Below the pieces are notes generated by a model, which was not told the origin of the DNA, did not search any database, and worked only from the letters and a program-made list of their open reading frames with translations. Both the position numbers and the translations under genes were made by a program. This document shows positions 1 to 8,542 of a stretch of DNA of 64,000 nt, piece after piece. Origin of the DNA: Acidimicrobiales bacterium (GTDB lineage Bacteria; Actinomycetota; Acidimicrobiia; Acidimicrobiales; Palsa-688); assembly GCA_036378675.1 (NCBI GenBank), contig DASUWA010000010.1:14661-78660 (forward strand), given 5' to 3'. Position 1 is the stretch's first letter; every line of letters starts with the position of its first letter.

Positions 1-15
1 TCCGGATGCCAGCAT

Positions 16-1050
16 GTGGGCGTGAGGACACCGATACTGCGCCGGCGGATAGTTTTCGCTCTGCTGGCGCTGGTGCTGGTTCTCGGCGGAGGAACCCTCG
101 GATACACGGTCATCGGCTTGAGCCCACTCGACGCGCTCTACCAGACCGTGACAACGGTAAGCACCGTTGGCTTCCGGGAGCTGTTCCCGACGAGCGCGTC
201 GGCGAAGGTGTTCACCATCGTGCTGATCCTTACCGGGGTCGGCACCGTGCTTTACGCGTTTGGTGTCGTGTTGGAGGCCGTCATCGAAGGAGACCTGTTC
301 AATGTGTGGGGGAAGCGTCGGATGGAACGCACGATCAACCAGCTGAAGAACCACATCATCGTTTGCGGGTTCGGGCGGGTCGGCCGCGCGGTCGCCACAA
401 ACCTGGCTGCATCGCGCGAGGACTTCGTCATTGTCGACCAGGACGGAGAGCGTTTCGCCGACGTCGATTACCTCACCGTTGTCGGAGACGCAACAGACGA
501 CGAGGTTCTTCGCCGCGCCGGCATCGAAAGAGCGCGCGCTTTGGTCGCCGCCACAAGCACCGACACCACCAACGTCTACCTGACTCTCAGCGGCCGAGCT
601 CTGAAGCCGGACCTTTTCATCGTCGGCCGGGCGCGGATAGGCGACTCGGAGTCCAAGCTTCTGCGCGCGGGTGCCAACCGGGTGATCAACCCGCAAGCCA
701 TCGGCGGTTCACGGATCGCCGCCCTCCTCACGCAACCGGTTGTCGCCGAGTTCCTGGACGTCGTCACCCACGAGGCCCAGATGGAGTTCCGCCTCGCTGA
801 AGTTCCGGTCCCCGCGATGTGCCCACTCGCTGATCAGTCGCTTCGCGAGACCCGCCTTCGGGAACGCACCGGGGCGCTCGTGCTGGCGCTACGAGATGCG
901 GACGGCCAGTTCACCACGAACCCCGGTCCCGAGACCGTCGTATCCGGTGGAGACGTCTTGATCGTGATCGGCACGAGCAACCAGATCGACGACCTGGTCG
1001 CGTTGGCCGCGCACACCGACGGCGCGGCCAGGGCCCCGCGAGCAGAATGA
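16..1050 (+). CDS. Pore-loop cation channel (K+ channel family) with cytoplasmic RCK/TrkA-N and TrkA-C domains
   Basis: 344-aa ORF with TM1, pore helix and TM2 (DALYQTVTTVSTVGFRELFP...VFTIVLILTGVG), then Rossmann motif IIVCGFGRVGRAV and a TrkA-C-like tail. GTG start at 16. The frame is open to the window edge, so the true start could lie upstream. Confidence 0.8.
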   Translation: MGVRTPILRRRIVFALLALVLVLGGGTLGYTVIGLSPLDALYQTVTTVSTVGFRELFPTSASAKVFTIVLILTGVGTVLYAFGVVLEAVIEGDLFNVWGKRRMERTINQLKNHIIVCGFGRVGRAVATNLAASREDFVIVDQDGERFADVDYLTVVGDATDDEVLRRAGIERARALVAATSTDTTNVYLTLSGRALKPDLFIVGRARIGDSESKLLRAGANRVINPQAIGGSRIAALLTQPVVAEFLDVVTHEAQMEFRLAEVPVPAMCPLADQSLRETRLRERTGALVLALRDADGQFTTNPGPETVVSGGDVLIVIGTSNQIDDLVALAAHTDGAARAPRAE

Positions 1051-1084
1051 TCGGGTCCGATTACTGAGACACCGGGAGGTTCGG

Positions 1085-1858
1085 ATGTGGAACTCCTTCA
1101 ACACTGACGCTGACCTGGGCATCACCGCCGAGATCACCAAGTACAAGGGAGGCGGCGGAGACCAGATCCATGCCTACGTCGTCCGGCCGAAGGGCAAGGG
1201 CCCGTTCCCAGGGGTTGTCGTCGTGCATCACATGCCGGGATGGGACGAGTTCTACCAGGAGTTCAGCGAACGACTGGGCCGTCACGGTTACCTGGTGATC
1301 TGCCCGAACCTCTACGACCGGGCCGGCCAAGGCCTGCCCGACGACGTGGCGGCGAAGGTCCGGGCAGAAGGCGGTGTGCACGACGAGAGCGTCGTAGCTG
1401 ATTGCGGCGCGGCACTCGAATGGCTGCGCGCCGACCCGGCGTGCACCGGGCGCGTCGGAATCATCGGGTCCTGCTCCGGCGGGCGCCACAGCGTTCTGGC
1501 CGCATCGCTCGTCGATGGGTTCTCGGCAGTCGTAGACCTCTGGGGTGGCCAAGTCATCATGACGCCCGACCAACTGTCACCAGCCCGACCGGTCGCTCCG
1601 ATCGATTACACCGAGAGGCTTTCAACCCCGCTGCTCGGCCTGTTCGGCAACGACGACCAGTTCCCGACCCCGGAACAGGTCGACATCCACGAGGCCGAAT
1701 TGAAAAAGCACGGCAAGCAGTACGAGTTCCACCGCTACGACGGCGCCGGCCACGGTTTCTTCTACTACCACACCCCCGCTTACCGCCCTCAGCAGGCGAT
1801 GGACGGCTGGTCCAAGGTGTTCGAGTTCTTCGCTCGCGAGCTCGACAACAAGGCCTGA
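1085..1858 (+). CDS. Dienelactone hydrolase family protein
   Basis: 257-aa ORF with GGGAGG 6 nt upstream of the ATG. Has the DLH-type nucleophile elbow IIGSCSGG, VVVHHMPGWDE and a C-terminal GAGHGF motif. Confidence 0.8.
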   Translation: MWNSFNTDADLGITAEITKYKGGGGDQIHAYVVRPKGKGPFPGVVVVHHMPGWDEFYQEFSERLGRHGYLVICPNLYDRAGQGLPDDVAAKVRAEGGVHDESVVADCGAALEWLRADPACTGRVGIIGSCSGGRHSVLAASLVDGFSAVVDLWGGQVIMTPDQLSPARPVAPIDYTERLSTPLLGLFGNDDQFPTPEQVDIHEAELKKHGKQYEFHRYDGAGHGFFYYHTPAYRPQQAMDGWSKVFEFFARELDNKA

Positions 1859-1861
1859 ACC

Positions 1862-2128
1862 GTGTGCACCACGATTTCTCATTCGGTTGCGGTGCGCGGC
1901 TCAGGCCGTGGTGGATCGGGATGGTTCCCGCTGACCGAGGCGACGGTGGGATTCGATCACGCCACCCACAGTCCTGCCGAACACGCGCTGCTGCTCGACT
2001 TCACCAACTATGACATCGGGACGGGTGCGCGCGTAGCGGTGGAGATCGACCTCGCTTCCGGCAGGGCGCTCGTCGAGAAGCTCCAAGCGGCAATCGCGGC
2101 GGCGGAGGCGACCGGTCTTCCCGACTGA
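1862..2128 (+). CDS. Small conserved hypothetical protein (DUF6295-like, tentative)
   Basis: 88-aa ORF starting at a GTG 4 nt after the upstream stop, with high GC3. The N-terminus MCT...GWF.LTEATV.FDH resembles the actinobacterial DUF6295 type from memory only. Confidence 0.5.
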   Translation: MCTTISHSVAVRGSGRGGSGWFPLTEATVGFDHATHSPAEHALLLDFTNYDIGTGARVAVEIDLASGRALVEKLQAAIAAAEATGLPD

Positions 2129-2149
2129 TCGGAGAGCATTGACCTGACC

Positions 2150-2167
2150 GGGCCATAGTCATGGCCC
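2150..2167 (+). terminator. Stem-loop downstream of the 1862-2128 ORF (possible terminator)
   Basis: GGGCCAT-AGTC-ATGGCCC forms a perfect 7-bp stem with a 4-nt loop, 22 nt after the stop. There is no T-tract. Confidence 0.25.
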
Positions 2168-2304
2168 GCGTGGGGCTTTAGCACAAGCCCTGAACTCCTA
2201 CGCGGATTTCCTGATTCGCGCACGAATTCGCGCACTTCTCTTCGGCTTTTGCCGTGGTTGCGGCACGCCCGGAAGATCGCGCTTGAACGTGCCGATGGGT
2301 TGTC

Positions 2305-2892
2305 ATGCGCAACCGTGGTCTACTTCTCCGCTTGGCCACAACTTCACTGTTGGCTTTCGGCCTGGTTGGCATGTCCAATCCGGCACTGGGCAGCCCCGCA
2401 GCCGGCAACTCGACCATCGCGGGCGCCTCGGCCTACGCGGCACTGGTCGAAGGCACGCTCGGTCAGGCACCGTCGCTCGCCGCGACGGGAACGTCACTGC
2501 TCCCCACCGTCGCCCAGCTCACGCCTCCTCCCCCTCCTCCGCCGCCGCCCCCGGCACCGGCACCGGCCGCGCCGGCTCCCGCACAGGTCGTCGCGACGAC
2601 CCACCCCGCAGCTAGCGCACCGCCGGCACCAGCGCAGCCGTCCGGCTACGGCTGCGCCGCTGCTCTTGCGTACCTGACTGCTCACTCCGCCCCGGGCTTC
2701 CGGTTCGAGTGCCCCGGATACGCACTGGGACATCAGGCGATGACCTGCCTGAACGAGCCGGGGGTGTGCCCCGGCTACGGGCTCATCGCCATCAACATCC
2801 CGTGCGCCGCCGCCTACATGAACGAAGCCCACAACTCCTGGGTCGTCCTCGGCGAGGCCAGCGGCATCGACCCGTACGGTTACTGCCACTGA
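2305..2892 (+). CDS. Secreted proline-rich protein with a Cys-containing C-terminal domain, function unknown
   Basis: 195-aa ORF with signal peptide MRNRGLLLRLATTSLLAFGLVGMSNPALG, a run of 10 Pro followed by a PAPA-rich linker, and a C-terminal approximately 90 aa containing 7 Cys. Confidence 0.6.
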   Translation: MRNRGLLLRLATTSLLAFGLVGMSNPALGSPAAGNSTIAGASAYAALVEGTLGQAPSLAATGTSLLPTVAQLTPPPPPPPPPPAPAPAAPAPAQVVATTHPAASAPPAPAQPSGYGCAAALAYLTAHSAPGFRFECPGYALGHQAMTCLNEPGVCPGYGLIAINIPCAAAYMNEAHNSWVVLGEASGIDPYGYCH

Positions 2893-2952
2893 GCATTACG
2901 TAGTCGTCGCGGCCGGTCGGTGACCGGTCACTTCAGTTCGTCTCTCGGCCGG

Positions 2953-3270
2953 TCAGCCGGCCAGCCGGTTGGTGGCGGCCGGGACTTCGCTCAGGAGACC
3001 GACTTCGACGCCACCGCCGCGGCCCACCTGAGGGCAGCCCTTGGCGATCGTCAGGGCGGTCTCGATGTCCTCGGCGCTGATGATGGAATAGCCGCCGAGT
3101 TCGGTCGTCTCGGTCGAGCATTCGCCAACCGAGCGTCCCTCGAAGACTGGCTTGCCAAGCTCGACCAGGTGGTCTCCCATGCTGTCGAACCAGTTGATCC
3201 AGCCGGCGGCCGTCTCCTCCGACGGCTTGTAGCCCTTAGGGCTGCGGTACGCGAAAACAAACTGCGGCAT
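2953..3270 (-). CDS. YciI/YCII-related family protein
   Basis: 105-aa ORF with MPQFVFAYR...GGYSIISAEDIETALTIAKGCP, typical of YCII-related proteins. It is divergent from an ECF sigma gene, a common pairing. Confidence 0.75.
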   Translation of the reverse strand: MPQFVFAYRSPKGYKPSEETAAGWINWFDSMGDHLVELGKPVFEGRSVGECSTETTELGGYSIISAEDIETALTIAKGCPQVGRGGGVEVGLLSEVPAATNRLAG

Positions 3271-3450
3271 CTCTTTCCTCCGGTTTCGTGTCGGCTCGGA
3301 ACGCCGACGTTGTTGTCACCGAGGTAGACACCCGGATTTTCCGAAAGTGGGCGCCGACACACCGCCCAGTTCGCGGTCGCGGTGGTGTCAGTACGCGCGG
3401 AGGAATGCGCATGTTCGGCCACGCCCCTCAGGTGATAGGAAGGTGGAAAG

Positions 3451-4449
3451 GTGGAAGCAGAGCTGATCGAGCTGGCACGCACCGGGGACCAGACAGCGTT
3501 CGAGCAACTGGTCGACCCCTATCGCAGGGAGCTGCTCCTGCACTGCTACCGGATATTCGGGTCGCTGGCCGACGCGGAGGACGCGCTACAGGAGACGATG
3601 CTCGCCGCATGGCGCGGCTTGACCGGGTTCGAGGGCCGATCGTCGATCCGGACCTGGCTGTACCGCATAGCTACGACGCGCTCGCTGAACATGCTCCGAT
3701 CGGCGAGCCGGCGCCCACCGATGACCCTGGCGCTTGACGTGGAGCCCCCCGAGCCGACCCGGCTCGGGGAGGTCGTGTGGCTCGAGCCGTTCCCGGATGT
3801 CCTGCTGGAGGCCGTCGCCGACCGCGGACCTGGTCCCGAAGCCCGAATCGAAAGAAGAGAAGCGATATCGCTCGCCTTCGTCACCGCGCTCCAGCTGTTG
3901 CCGCCGCGACAACGCGCGGTCGTCATCCTGCGCGACGTTCTGGACTTCTCCGCGAAGGAAGTCGCGACCATGCTCGAAACCACCGAGGAATCGGTGACCA
4001 GCGCGCTGAAACGCGCCAGGAGCAGCTTGGGCAAGGACCTTCCCGAATCCCAGAGTCCTCCTCCGCCACACTCACCGGAGGAAGAGGAACTGCTCGGACG
4101 GTTGGTGCGATGCTTCGAGAACAGCGACGTCGACGGCATCGTGGCCTTGCTCACCGATGACGCCTGGGTGCGGATGCCGCCGGTTCCGTTCGAGTACCAG
4201 GGGCGGGAACTCGCCGGCCGGTTCTTCGCCAAGGTCGCCTTCAGGGATGGCCGCCGTTACCGCATGATCCCAACCCGCGCCAACGGGCAGCCGGCATTCG
4301 CCGTCTATCTGCGTGACCCGGTGACCGACCTCTGCCACGCCTTCGGGCTGCTCGTCGTCACCCTCGCCGGCGATCGGGTCAGCGCCATTACGCGGTTCGA
4401 CAACGCGGTCATGTCACGCTTCGGCCTCCCGAGGACCCTCAGCGACTGA
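3451..4449 (+). CDS. ECF-type sigma-70 factor with C-terminal SnoaL/NTF2-like extension (SigG/SigJ-like class)
   Basis: 332-aa ORF with a GTG start after AGGTGGAAAG. Region 2 (DAEDALQETMLAAWRGL...WLYRIATTRSLNMLR), region 4 HTH (LPPRQRAVVILRDVLDFSAKEVATMLETTEESVTSALKRAR) and an approximately 130-aa C-terminal extension. Confidence 0.85.
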   Translation: MEAELIELARTGDQTAFEQLVDPYRRELLLHCYRIFGSLADAEDALQETMLAAWRGLTGFEGRSSIRTWLYRIATTRSLNMLRSASRRPPMTLALDVEPPEPTRLGEVVWLEPFPDVLLEAVADRGPGPEARIERREAISLAFVTALQLLPPRQRAVVILRDVLDFSAKEVATMLETTEESVTSALKRARSSLGKDLPESQSPPPPHSPEEEELLGRLVRCFENSDVDGIVALLTDDAWVRMPPVPFEYQGRELAGRFFAKVAFRDGRRYRMIPTRANGQPAFAVYLRDPVTDLCHAFGLLVVTLAGDRVSAITRFDNAVMSRFGLPRTLSD

Positions 4450-4582
4450 GAGCGGCCAAGGTAGCCTCGAGGGAGGGCTGCATTTCATCTGAGCGTTACC
4501 TTCCGTTCACCGTATGGAGCCGCTTCAGGAGCCATTCTTTAGGCAGCGCTTAGGGTGCGCTGGATGAGAGAGAGGGGGCGGG

Positions 4583-4927
4583 ATGAGGGTCGAAGGCGTA
4601 TTCCGCGACGCTAAGGAGACGAAGACGGTGCCCGCAGGGACCGTCATCTTCAAGGAAGGCGAAACCGGCAACGAGATGTACGGCATCGTGGAGGGCGAGG
4701 TGGAACTCGCCTCGCCCGAGGGCATCGTCGCCAAGCTCGGGCGTGACGAAGTCTTCGGCGAGATGGCCATCATCGACCACAACACCCGGATGGCCACCGC
4801 CACCGCTACGACCGACACGACCCTGGCCGTCATAGACCGCCAGCGGTTCCTCTGGCTGATCCACGAAACCCCCACCTTTGCCCTTCAGGTGATGCACGCG
4901 ATGGCCGAGCGCCTCCGCCACCACTAG
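4583..4927 (+). CDS. Stand-alone cyclic-nucleotide-binding domain protein
   Basis: 114-aa ORF with the cNMP-binding core FKEGETGNEMYGIVEGEVEL...FGEMAIID...RMATATA. Confidence 0.8.
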   Translation: MRVEGVFRDAKETKTVPAGTVIFKEGETGNEMYGIVEGEVELASPEGIVAKLGRDEVFGEMAIIDHNTRMATATATTDTTLAVIDRQRFLWLIHETPTFALQVMHAMAERLRHH

Positions 4928-5192
4928 GGCTCGAGCCGACGTCGGTGGGCCCGAGGCCCGACGGGGGCATCGCCATTCTGGGCGGCGCCCCGGGCGTTTG
5001 GGCGTGAAAAAGAGCTTCGGGCGGCCTGTTTTGACACCCGAACGCGAAAGTTACGCCCAGAAGAGAGCGGGGTGGCCGGCGGCGTCGTCGGCAGACCGTT
5101 CCAAACGCCCAAACGGGTCACCGTGTCCGCCGCGCTCAATCCCGGCATCTCGGCTACCGAGATACAACCGGAACAAAGCGAAAGGAATCCGG

Positions 5193-5645
5193 GTGGCGTC
5201 CTCAGAAGAATGGTCGGCAGATTGGCTGCTCGCGTCCTGGGCCAGGATCGTCGAGATCCTCAGCCTGGACTACACCGACTTCGGTCTGGGTGTCACGCTC
5301 AACGTCGGCGGCTCCACGTATTCGGGCGTCCTGGTCAGTGGCCGCAAGTGGGTCAGTGAGATGGCAGGGGTCCTGCAGTCGAAGAGCATGGACCCCCGCA
5401 TAGCCCGGGTTCTCGCCCAGAGCTTCGACGAGGTGCGCCAGCACTACGACGACCCCGCGTTCCTCGAACAGCCGCAGCAGTTCCTGCACCTCCTGTACGC
5501 GTCGACGGTCGATCCCCAAGGCGAGCGGACCGGCGAGGGTCTCCCTATGAGGATCCGCCTCGACTCCGTGGCGGCCTGGGCGGTCGCGGGATGGGCTGTG
5601 GGCACCACCACCTGGGCCTCACCCGAGCCGAGCCCCGCCTTCTAG
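5193..5645 (+). CDS. Hypothetical protein
   Basis: Trimmed from ORF 4998-5645 to the GTG at 5193, which follows AAAGGAA by 6-7 nt. High GC3. No family recognised. Confidence 0.45.
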   Translation: MASSEEWSADWLLASWARIVEILSLDYTDFGLGVTLNVGGSTYSGVLVSGRKWVSEMAGVLQSKSMDPRIARVLAQSFDEVRQHYDDPAFLEQPQQFLHLLYASTVDPQGERTGEGLPMRIRLDSVAAWAVAGWAVGTTTWASPEPSPAF

Positions 5646-5760
5646 GCGACCGGTAGCGGCCGACCGACTATTAGTCTGACCGGCCCCTCCCAACCGCACT
5701 TATCGTCTCCGCGAGGGAAGGGACTCCATTCCCTTTGAGCGTAAGCGCGGGTCGTCTCCG

Positions 5761-7404
5761 ATGAGCCAGGTCGATACCACCATCCCAACCTTCGACGAGT
5801 CCGAGATCGCGTTTCTCGAACCGCTTGGCACACGCCGGACGGTTCAGCCGGGGGAGTACCTGTACCGCACCGGCGACACCGGCTACGACTTCTACGTCGT
5901 TCTTTCCGGACGGATCGAGATCGTCTTAACCACCGACGGCGAGGAACGGCTGATCACCACCCACGGACCGGGCCGGTTCCTCGGCGAACTCAACCTTCTA
6001 ACGGGTCTGCGGGTCTTCGTCGACGCGAGGGTTGCCGACACGAGCGAAGTCCTGGCGATTCCCGTCGCGACGCTGCGGCGCATCATCGCCACTCAACCCA
6101 AACTGAGCGACAAAATCCTTGCTGCGTTCATGGCCCGCCGAGCCGACCTTCTCACGGATGCGGCGTCCGCGATCCGGGTCATCGGCTCGCGTTTCTCGCT
6201 CGAGACCTCACAGATCCGTGAGTTCTTGGCCCGAACCCGCCTTCCTTACCAGTGGCTCGACCCCGACGCGGACCCCCAGGTCGACGGCATCCTTCGAGAG
6301 CTCGACATCCAACCCGCCGATCTACCGGTGGTCATCTCATCTGGCGCGGTGATGCGCCGCCCGACGCCCGGGTCGCTCTCGGAGTATCTGGGGCTCACGG
6401 TCAGCAGTCTGCCCGATCGCTGCTTCGACCTAGTGATCGTCGGCGGAGGGCCGGCCGGCCTGGCCGCAGCCGTGTACGGCGCCTCGGAGGGACTCCGCAC
6501 CCTTGGAGTCGACATGATCGCTCCAGGCGGGCAGGCGGGAACCAGCTCTCGAATCGAGAATTACTTCGGCTTCCCCACCGGCATCTCTGGCGGTGACCTC
6601 ACGCAGCGAGGTCTCGTCCAGGCTGAGAAATTCGGAGCCTCCCTGAGCGCTCCCTGCGCGGCTGTCTCTCTAAGAGAACAAGCCGGCCACCTCGTCGTGG
6701 AGCTCTCGGACGACTCCACGGTCGCGGCGCGGGCCGTGATCGCCGCTTCGGGAGCCCGGTACCGTCGCCTCGGAGTCGACCGGCTAACCGACTTCGAAGC
6801 CAGCAGCATCTATTACGCCGCCACCGACCTCGAAGCGCGCGAGTGCGCCGGCGGGCCCGTCGTAGTGGTCGGAGGCGGCAACTCTGCCGGGCAGGCCGCC
6901 GTGTTCCTCGCTGATCAGGGGAGCCCCGTGACCGTCGTGATCCGCAAGCCGGATCTCGGTGCAAGCATGTCTCGCTACCTCGTCGATCGCATTGACAGCC
7001 ACCCCGGCATCAGTGTTCTCGGCCAAACCCAAGTCGTCGGTTTGCAAGGGGGCGCCTCCCTCCAGTCGATCCGGGTCTCCGGACCGGGCGGGGAATCCAC
7101 GCTCCCCTGCGCCGCGCTGTTCTCCTTCATCGGCGCGGACCCGAGCGCAGGCTGGCTTTCGGGTTGCGCAGCCCTCGACGACCGAGGCTTTGTGCTTACC
7201 GACCGTGCCCTCAATGACGATCAGCTGGGCGAACAGTGGACCACGCTTGGGCGACGACCCCTCCCCTACGAGACGAGCCACCCTGGACTGTTCGCGGTCG
7301 GAGACCTGCGGTCAGGTTCCACCAAGCGCGTGGCCGCCGCTGTCGGAGAAGGCTCCGCGGCCGTCAGGTCCGTTCACGAGCACCTCGCCTTCGCCGCCCG
7401 GTAA
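5761..7404 (+). CDS. cNMP-binding domain fused to a thioredoxin-reductase-like FAD/NAD(P) oxidoreductase
   Basis: 547-aa ORF. N-terminal cNMP-binding domain (FLGELNLLTG), then VIVGGGPAGLAAAVYGASEG (FAD GxGxxG), a second VVVGGGNSAGQAAVFL and C-terminal GLFAVGDLR. Where TrxR has its CxxC there is a single Cys (ARECAGG). Confidence 0.85.
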   Translation: MSQVDTTIPTFDESEIAFLEPLGTRRTVQPGEYLYRTGDTGYDFYVVLSGRIEIVLTTDGEERLITTHGPGRFLGELNLLTGLRVFVDARVADTSEVLAIPVATLRRIIATQPKLSDKILAAFMARRADLLTDAASAIRVIGSRFSLETSQIREFLARTRLPYQWLDPDADPQVDGILRELDIQPADLPVVISSGAVMRRPTPGSLSEYLGLTVSSLPDRCFDLVIVGGGPAGLAAAVYGASEGLRTLGVDMIAPGGQAGTSSRIENYFGFPTGISGGDLTQRGLVQAEKFGASLSAPCAAVSLREQAGHLVVELSDDSTVAARAVIAASGARYRRLGVDRLTDFEASSIYYAATDLEARECAGGPVVVVGGGNSAGQAAVFLADQGSPVTVVIRKPDLGASMSRYLVDRIDSHPGISVLGQTQVVGLQGGASLQSIRVSGPGGESTLPCAALFSFIGADPSAGWLSGCAALDDRGFVLTDRALNDDQLGEQWTTLGRRPLPYETSHPGLFAVGDLRSGSTKRVAAAVGEGSAAVRSVHEHLAFAAR

Positions 7405-7426
7405 GCCTTCGAACGCGCTGAACTGC

Positions 7427-8347
7427 CTACGTCGTCAACCCGTCCCGGCTTGTGCGAGCCGGGCCGAAGAAGTCGATGAGCAGTTCGTTGACTCGTCCAG
7501 ACTCGTCGTGATGCACCCAGTGCGAGGCATCAGGCAGGCGCTCCACGCGGTCCAGGTTGGGTACATCGTCGTGATCGGGCTCGGCTAGGTCTTGGCCGAG
7601 ATACCGATCTCGTTGTCCCCAGATGACGAGCGTCGGCGCTTTGATCGGGTGAAGCTCCGCTTCGGCGCGCTTGGGGGATTGGCGCACCGAAGATCGGTAG
7701 TAGTTGATCATCCCAGTTGCTGCACCCGGTTGCGACCAAGCTTCGACGTAACGATCAATCTCCTCCGGCGTGTAAGCCGGCCGAGCGTCGTCCAGGAAGT
7801 GCCGGAAGAAATGCCAGTTGTTGGCGTGGACGACGCTTTCGGGCAGTCCTGGAAGGTCGAAGAAAAAGAAGTACCAGGACTTGCGGAGCTGGCCCGGGTG
7901 GTGCAGTCCTTGCGAGAGCTTTCGCGGGTGGGCGGCGTTGAGGATGGCAAGCCGATCAACAACTTCGGGGTGGTCCATCGCTGTAGCCCACGCAACGGTC
8001 CCGCCCCAGTCGTGCCCGACGAGAAGCGCTGACTCTGCTCCGCGTTCGTGGACGAGGTCGCGAATGTCAGAGGCCAACTGGTGGGTGTCGTAGGCCTTGA
8101 CGCTCTTCGGACGCGACGACAGGTTGTAGCCGCGCATGTCCGGTGCGACGACTCGGAACCCGGCCGCAGCGAGCTGCGGGATTTGCAGCCGCCAGCCGAA
8201 CCAGAACTCCGGGAAGCCGTGGAGCAGAACGATCAGCGGGCCGTCACCGGCCTCGACGTAATGCAATCTCACGCCGTCGCCGACGTCAGCGAAACCCTCC
8301 CGCAGCGCGGTCCCCTCGGGACCCATGGTCTCTGGGGTGAGTGACAT
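7427..8347 (-). CDS. Alpha/beta hydrolase, epoxide hydrolase / haloalkane dehalogenase-like
   Basis: 306-aa ORF with the HGFPEFWFGW (HGxP) motif, nucleophile elbow VGHDWGG and C-terminal ASHWVHHDE. Confidence 0.85.
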   Translation of the reverse strand: MSLTPETMGPEGTALREGFADVGDGVRLHYVEAGDGPLIVLLHGFPEFWFGWRLQIPQLAAAGFRVVAPDMRGYNLSSRPKSVKAYDTHQLASDIRDLVHERGAESALLVGHDWGGTVAWATAMDHPEVVDRLAILNAAHPRKLSQGLHHPGQLRKSWYFFFFDLPGLPESVVHANNWHFFRHFLDDARPAYTPEEIDRYVEAWSQPGAATGMINYYRSSVRQSPKRAEAELHPIKAPTLVIWGQRDRYLGQDLAEPDHDDVPNLDRVERLPDASHWVHHDESGRVNELLIDFFGPARTSRDGLTT

Positions 8348-8542
8348 CGTGATGTGCCTCCTTTACATCGGGTAGTCGACATGCGGAACCCGAACAACTT
8401 TGGAGGACCTGGACGATTCGGCCGAGTTCCACACTCAGGGCCACTGTGGCATCCCAGCGCCGGCGTCGAACCCGTATTCAGCCCTGGTATGGGCGTGTGG
8501 GTCAGAGCCCCGGAGTTGGTTCCAACCCGTCATGAGCGCTGT

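Noticed and set aside
2515-2580. A CCG/CCT-rich repetitive stretch as a possible tandem repeat or CRISPR-like element.
   Set aside because: It is simply the codon run for Pro10 plus the PAPA linker inside a CDS. It has no spacer/repeat organisation.
5718-5735. The inverted repeat AAGGGA-N6-TCCCTT upstream of the cNMP::TrxR gene, and a loosely shared CCATTC...TTT..G..GCG motif with the leader of the other cNMP gene (about 4532-4560), as a common operator.
   Set aside because: The arms are only 6 bp, the two sites sit at different distances from their start codons (about 30 versus 46 nt), and the similarity is gapped. I cannot distinguish it from chance without comparative data.
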